Below are positions 57,574-64,000 of a stretch of DNA of 64,000 nucleotides, in pieces. Location of the stretch: assembly GCA_951406725.2 (NCBI GenBank), contig OX597826.1:6014001-6078000 (forward strand), written 5' to 3'. The notes under the pieces are model-generated. The model made no database searches. It was not told the origin of the DNA and worked only from the letters and a program-made list of their open reading frames with translations. Position 1 is the stretch's first letter. Every line of letters starts with the position of its first letter. The DNA comes from Octopus vulgaris (Eukaryota). Both the position numbers and the translations under genes were made by a program.

Positions 57574-57660
57574 CAAGCATCAACCCTTTCCATCCATGAT
57601 TTCAACACAATATTCAGCAGCTTCGTATAACTGTCTGATTCGAGTTTAAGGCCATGCTGA
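57574..57660 (-). pseudogene. Tc1/mariner (DD37D/maT-like) transposase fragment
   Basis: HGLKLESDSYTKLLNIVLKSWMERV resembles GL.LNSD.YV.LL..VVKPW.ERV, which precedes the second catalytic D. Confidence 0.55.
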
Positions 57661-58669
57661 TCCGTTGTTCGTAGAATTCTGGCGAGCGGACGTAGAACGC
57701 CTACTGTCTCCCTCTCCGTTAGCCATAGCATCGTAGTTTCAATCGCATCTTTCCTTGTGACGTATTCCAATATTTACGCTATTCACGGATCATTGAGCAG
57801 CAGTCATGGTTTCGTCACATAAATATCAAGGGTGAATTACCATGATACAAGTAACACTTATTCAATATCCTGAAGTCTTCTTCTATTACTCTCTATCAGA
57901 TAAATTTCTCGCAACTCTAAATTTAATCTATTTTCTCTATATCCCTGTTGACTAATCGCAAAAACTGTTCCTCAAAAAAGGAGACATACATATTGGTTGA
58001 ATATAGACCAAACATCCTATATATTGATCAGATTTTCGTGACACATAAATTCGACAAATATTAAAACGTATCTCTTAGTCATTGGCGTATTTTGCTTCTG
58101 TACCCTTGAATGTATCATGGGAGAGAGGGCATTATGTTTATACTTCTTTATTCCAGATGTTTAATATTTTTATGAACTAACTGAAGCGCGGGATGAACAT
58201 CTGCATACTATACATATCCAACGTGATAAATTTACTCATCCATCACAAGAAACGGATCTCATTTATGTAGATTTATTTATTTCTTTATTTATTTAATAGT
58301 GCCACGACAATAATGTGCAGATTTTTTACTTTCTTCACTGTGTGCATTAATTAGTATATTAGATGCAGAGAAAATCAATTGAAATGCCCTAATATAGAAA
58401 ATTGTGTTTCAAAAAGAAATAGTTACTTCAAAAATACAGACTTTGATATCAAAATTGTGAGAAGATGCCGAGTAAAGCCGTGTTCTAGGTTCAGTTCTCA
58501 AAATATTTATCGATCTAGGTGATGAGTATATATATATATAAAGATAGACATCCATACACACATACATACCTACATGCATGCATACATACATACATACATA
58601 CATACATACATACATACATACATACATACATACATACATACATACACATACATATATATACATATATAT

Positions 58670-59006
58670 TCTTTCATTCTTTTACTTGTTTCAGTTAGGA
58701 CTTATTCTTTGTAAACCTAGTACTTATTCGTACGCTTTCTTTTGCCTAACCACTAAGTTACTGGGACGTAAACACACGAACATTGGTTGTCAAGCGATGG
58801 TAGGCGGGGAGGGACAAACACAGGTACAGACACAAATATATACAAATATATATACATATATATATACGACGGAAATCTTTCGGTTTCCGCCTACCAAGTC
58901 CACTCACAAGGCTTTGGTCAAACCGAGGCTATAGTAGAAGACACTTGCGCAAGGTGCCACGCATGTGGTTGGGAAGCAAGCTTCTTACCACACTGACACA
59001 CCTGCG

Positions 59007-59010
<4 letters not shown>
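58670..59010 (-). mobile_element. SINE family A
   Basis: ttttacttgtttcag...cactcacaaggctttggtc...cttaccacac...gcgcct. Confidence 0.88.
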
Positions 59011-59051
<41 letters not shown>

Positions 59052-59057
<6 letters not shown>

Positions 59058-59419
59058 AATCCAAACGAGAAACAAAAAAACACAACAACAATGGAACAAT
59101 TACAGTATTATTATTAATAGGCGCTCGGGAAATGGAAGCAGGGAGGTATGACGTTTCGAGCGGAGCTCTTCGTCGGAAACATAAAGAAGGAAGAGAGAAG
59201 AAAGAAAGATCCCAGAGCGGGCAACAGGGATAGAGAAAAAAAACGACTGGTGTTTACGTGTTACACATGGTGAAAGGCAGATGTTTACGATAACAAGAGC
59301 AAAGTGGGTTTTTAAAGGCAAAAGAGTGGAGACAAGGTTGGTAACAGCAGATGTGTGTGTATGTGTGAGTGTGTGCGTGTGCGTGTGTGTATGTGTGTGT
59401 GTGAGGCGAGATAAAAAAA

Positions 59420-59425
<6 letters not shown>
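59052..59425 (-). mobile_element. family H pLTR-like element in (TA)n
   Basis: (TA)n on both sides; HHR motif at 59146-59180. Confidence 0.65.
59146..59180 (-). ncRNA. minimal hammerhead motif (U4C, extra A after A9)
   Basis: Reverse complement: gttt CCGACGA a gagc tcc gctc GAAAC GTC atac. Confidence 0.65.
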
Positions 59426-59459
<34 letters not shown>

Positions 59460-59873
59460 CTTGGCATGCATAACGTTCAATTACTCAATAAATGACAAAG
59501 GCATTAAATTCTACAAAGCGAACACGTAGGGAAGATAGACAAAGACCTTAATTCTTTATCAGTTAACGACCAAAAATTTTAATAGTCAGTTTCGACCCTT
59601 TAACGATAAGACTGATAATTCTTCTCTCCTGTTCTCTCGTCTTCTCTCACTTAGTTCTGGACTTTCTCCCTTCCTCCCTCCCTCTCCTCCTTCGTTCCCT
59701 CTTCTCTCTGCCACTCTCTGTCTCCCTTTCTATCATCCTCCCTCCTTTTGATCTACTGCCTACACCGGACCCGTGTCTAATTTTCTCTTCTCTGCCTTTT
59801 CGCTACCGGATGCTTAGCTTGCCGGTCAACATTTTTTCTTCTGCTACTATTTTCCTTTTTTTACCGATTGAAT

Positions 59874-60217
59874 GTGAAGGCGCATGGCTCAGTGGTTAGA
59901 GCGTTGAGCTTACGATCGTGAGGTTGTGAGCTCGATTCCCGGACCAGGCTGTGTGTTGTGTTCTTGAGCAAGACACTTTATTTCACGTAACTACAGTTCA
60001 CCCAGCCTGTAGAAATGAGTTGCGACGTCACAGGTGCCAAGCTGTATCGGCCCATTTCCCTTTCCATCGGATAACACTGGTGGCGTGGAGTGGGGAGGCT
60101 GGTGTGCATGGGCGACTGCTGGTCTTCCATAAACAACGTTGCCCGGACCTGTGCCTCGGAGGGTAACTTTCTAGGTGCAATCGCATGGTCTCTGTTGTGA
60201 CAGAAGTGGGTCTCAGA
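59874..60217 (+). mobile_element. tRNA-derived SINE family D with 11-bp TSD
   Basis: tggctcagtggttagagc and gagctcgattccc boxes; TSD accgattgaat at 59863-59873 and 60218-60228. Confidence 0.92.
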
Positions 60218-61249
60218 ACCGATTGAATTTTCCCTCCAGGCGTTTGTGCTGGGCCGAAAGGCTGTATTTAATCTCTTGTCGTCTATCGTTTCAAATTACA
60301 TTCGCTTACATTCGTATATCCACCCTGTATTATCTCGGTTGCCTCGAGCCCTAATTCTTCGCAAATTTTGCGGGTGCCACCGATATACAAAGTTCTGTCT
60401 TATCGCTAAAGGCACAAGACTGAGTATTAGTATTTTCGGTCGGTAACTGACGAAGAATTAATGTCCTGCTCTGTCTGTCCTACCTGTATCATTTGTCGTA
60501 TGTAATGCATTTTACATTACATGTATGAAAAGCGTTGTTCTAACATTTATATGGGAACCTTGTGCTTCGAAGCTTAACTCCACTCTAAGTATTATAATTC
60601 TCTTTCAGGAAATATCAATCTCACGCTGACACAATACCCGATAGCTATATGAAAGCTAAGTTACGTTTAAGATGTATTTACATTTTTAAATGCGTAATGG
60701 AAATAGTTATATGCAAAAATTCAAATCAGTTCACAGTTTGAAAACTATTGTGCATTTTCAAATTGGAATAAACGTAGTGGATCTTTTATTTGAATAGATA
60801 CAATGGTACTTATGTATTCAGAGGATGATATAACAAGTAGCGAATTTCGGAAAATTTGTAGCAAAATTAACATCGTGAGGATATTGAAATTGCTCTGACT
60901 GTAAGTTGATATTAAATTAAGGTCTCAATCCAATTGCATTTTAAGTCAAGTTAATTACTCTCTTATACCCTACTTATGCCAAGTTTAACAAAACCTTTGA
61001 ACTATTAGCTGCTGCGGCATCGAAACCACTACAAAAGGCTGTCATACACAAGTAACTGCATTAATATTTGAATATATTTCTGTATGCTTTTACAAAGAAG
61101 TTAGCGTTATTTCAAGAAACTTAGACAGGTATATTGTGATAGAAACATGTTTCAAAATTAGATTAGCAGGTGATTAAAATGAAAACACCGGCTGGGTGCA
61201 CTTGATATTATACATGCCGCAACATCTACCACAGTATCTATACTATATT

Positions 61250-61432
61250 AAGGTAGCGAGCTGACACAATCGTTACCGAAGCTGTAAAAATGCTTAGCGG
61301 CATTTATTCCGAGTTCAGATGGCGCCGAGCTCGACCTTGTCTTTCATTATTTCGAGGTAGACAAAATAAGGACGATCTGGCCTTACGCCCTCCTCTGACA
61401 TTGCTGGCTTTGGGCCAAGATTTGAGACCAAT
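61250..61432 (+). mobile_element. SINE family C, decayed
   Basis: aaggtagcgagctg...aaatgcttagcggcattt...gagttcag. Confidence 0.6.
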
Positions 61433-61745
61433 ATTTATGTCATGTTGTATTTTCTGTGTGGCATATTCATTTCCGTCTAGCTATCCCTTGCAAACTGCAC
61501 TAGATGTGTTAACACAAAATGGAATGTTGTCTTTCTATTGTGTCGATAGGCCGTCTTAGTTTTTTTTCCGCAATATAATAATTAAAATATGCTTTTTACC
61601 CATTGTAGAGTATTGTACATAAACATGATATGATTAAGATTTTAACATTTTCTAAAGGAAAAAAAATGGAAAGGAAAAAAAAACAGTTGAAAGCCGAGAA
61701 AATGATGCGGTATTGCTTCCAATACTTGCCCTCCAATAAGTAAAA

Positions 61746-62040
61746 TATTGGGTTGGCAAATAAGAACCCACCGTTTTTTTTTTTTTATTTTGGAATTTAT
61801 TGCGATTATAAAATTTGAAATATATTTTTTTCGAGAATTCTAATTTTTGAATCATTTAGGAATTTATTTTGTTTTTGTTTTTTTTTTTCTAGTGAGTTGC
61901 GAATCAATTTGTTAGACGGAATACCAGTCATACACAAATACGAGAATGGGCTGCGATGTGTTTTGGCTGACTATGAAAGAATGACGCGCGAGCTATGAAA
62001 TCACGTGTGCATTTATTGCGACTGTATTTATTAATAAATG
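61746..62040 (+). mobile_element. mariner-type TIR and non-autonomous remnant
   Basis: TA-TTGGGTTGGCAAATAAG resembles common mariner TIR starts; the other end was not located. Confidence 0.45.
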
Positions 62041-62312
62041 CATTGTTTCTTTAAAAGTAAACCAAGACACACACATACACACATACACACACACACACGT
62101 GCATATACTGTTATGTATTATCACCGGTGTACTAACGATTTTACCAGCTCAACGCCTGCAGCCTTTGTGCATTAAACTGCTTTTAGCTTTTTCATTTATA
62201 ACCAGTTAATGTTTGAAAGAAAACTAGATCAGGTGTGTGGGTGTCTTTCTAATTGCGTTTATCTCCCTCAAACTATATAATGATTGCTGTGGGTTTTATT
62301 TACGTCACCATA

Positions 62313-62652
62313 CTGAGACCCCTTCAGTCATGACTGACCATGGGATTGAACCTAGGAAGTTACCCTCCTAGGCACAATTCCGGGCAACGTTGTTTTATGT
62401 AAGACCAGCAGTCGCCTATGCATACCGGCCTCCCCTCGCCACTCCACCAGTGTTATCCAAGGCAAAGGGAAAGGGGCCGATACAGCTTGGCACCTGTGAC
62501 GTCGCAACTCATTTCTACAGCTGAGTGAACTACAGCAACGGGAAATAAATTGTCTTGCTCAAGAACACAACACGCAGCCCGCTCCGAAATTCGAACTTAC
62601 AACCTCACGATCGTAAGCTCGACTCTCTAATCACTGAGCCATGAGCCTTCAC
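62313..62652 (-). mobile_element. SINE family D with 11-bp TSD, nested in a family A tail
   Basis: Reverse complement of 59874-60217; TSD acgtcaccata at 62302-62312 and 62653-62663. Confidence 0.92.
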
Positions 62653-63342
62653 ACGTCACCATAACTTAGCGGTTTAATGATCGGCGAAGCTGGATAGAAT
62701 GGGTACATGACGTAATGAATTATGTAGTAAGATCGATATATTCGATTATAACACTTCCGTGCGGTGTTCAGTCATGGCCACAGTCCAATGAGTAAAAGAA
62801 GCAAGAATAAATGGTAAAAGATATATTTAACTTCTCTTTTGGTTTCCTTAAATCCAAATTTCTTAAAATTTCCCATATGAACACATTTCACCTAACTCTC
62901 AACAATTTCACAGACAAATACTGCTAAGGAAACGGATATTTGACATAAACCATATATTACAACATATTTTAGTTCTGACTTTTGTTTCGAAAGCCATGCA
63001 CTTGAACTATTCATATCTACATGTTTGAACTTTTGACCTCGTAACACGTGATCATTTTAGATAATTCAGTCCCGTTTCCTCTCTCTCTCCGCCTTTCATT
63101 TCAATTTACACCTTATATTTATCAAGTGAGTAATATTTCGCAACCAAGCACATTTGATAGGAAATGTCATCTCGCTGAGCAGGAAAATAAACCTGCTGAA
63201 ATTTATTCAGATTAAATAAGACAACTACACACTTACACATACACACACACACGCACACACACATACACACACACACACACACACGCACACACACACACAC
63301 ACGCACGCAAGCACAAACACATGCCTCTGTACAAACATACAT

Positions 63343-63373
<31 letters not shown>

Positions 63374-63389
63374 CATGTATGTATGTATG

Positions 63390-63491
<102 letters not shown>

Positions 63492-64000
63492 CGTATATTA
63501 AGGGTATATATATATATGCGTTCGAAAAGACGGAAGAGTGAGTAGGTGCAACGCCATAAAATGTAAATTGCGTTGATTTATGATGTCTCGAGTTGTGAAA
63601 TGATTGGTGAAGTTAATCTCTGTCTACATTTTTAAGGTCGTATTTTATTATGTTTTTATATGCTTAAAAAATAACTTGAGAAAGAAACTTACATGAATTA
63701 TGTGCATATAGGTTTGTGTGTAAATCTGTATGTATATATGTATGTATATATGAATTGCTAGATGAATGCGTCGACGTAAGCATATATGAATATATGTAAA
63801 TAGATACACAGGCACAGAAGCACATGTATATAATTTAACACACCCACACCTGAACGCTCAGAAGGATTTCTACGTATGCGAGCATCGCAGCGTGGATACA
63901 ATGTATTCTTTGCATCCGTGAGATACATTTTTTTCGGAACTATAGCAAAGCAATTTGGGTATATGTCCCACCATTGCATCCCTACCTTCCTAGTGTTGAG

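Noticed and set aside
59878-59945. tRNA gene
   Set aside because: It is the head of a TSD-flanked SINE with a second copy at 62313-62652

Overview
Eukaryotic, very AT-rich, repeat-saturated intergenic or intronic DNA. The SINE families, microsatellite load and transposon relics look like those of Octopus (coleoid cephalopod); this organism call is an inference from recognition, not a search. No intact host gene is supportable, and nearly all ORFs in the track are translations of (TA)n, (CA)n or trinucleotide repeats. Recognisable coding relics are a 5'-truncated R4/Dong-like RLE retrotransposon in a (TAA)n array (18.6-19.9 kb), a decayed RTE/BovB-like LINE (30.1-32.6 kb), mariner/Tc1 fragments and duplicated Penelope-like RT fragments. 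There are also many SINEs, MITEs and a Helitron-like element. The most interesting signal is a set of short non-coding elements, mostly in or next to (TA)n tracts, carrying type I hammerhead ribozyme (HHR) motifs; about 12 intact or decayed motifs were read by eye. Many have short palindromic stem III regions (TGCA, ATAT, AGCT, GATC, ACGT), some have very long stem II hairpins, and several have direct or inverted terminal repeats. One has a 489-nt period with 57-nt terminal redundancy. Together these point to a Penelope-pLTR or retrozyme-like system. A tiny TG...CA element with a tRNA-Ser primer-binding site and a 55-bp tandem unit is also noted. All structures were read manually and are untested.
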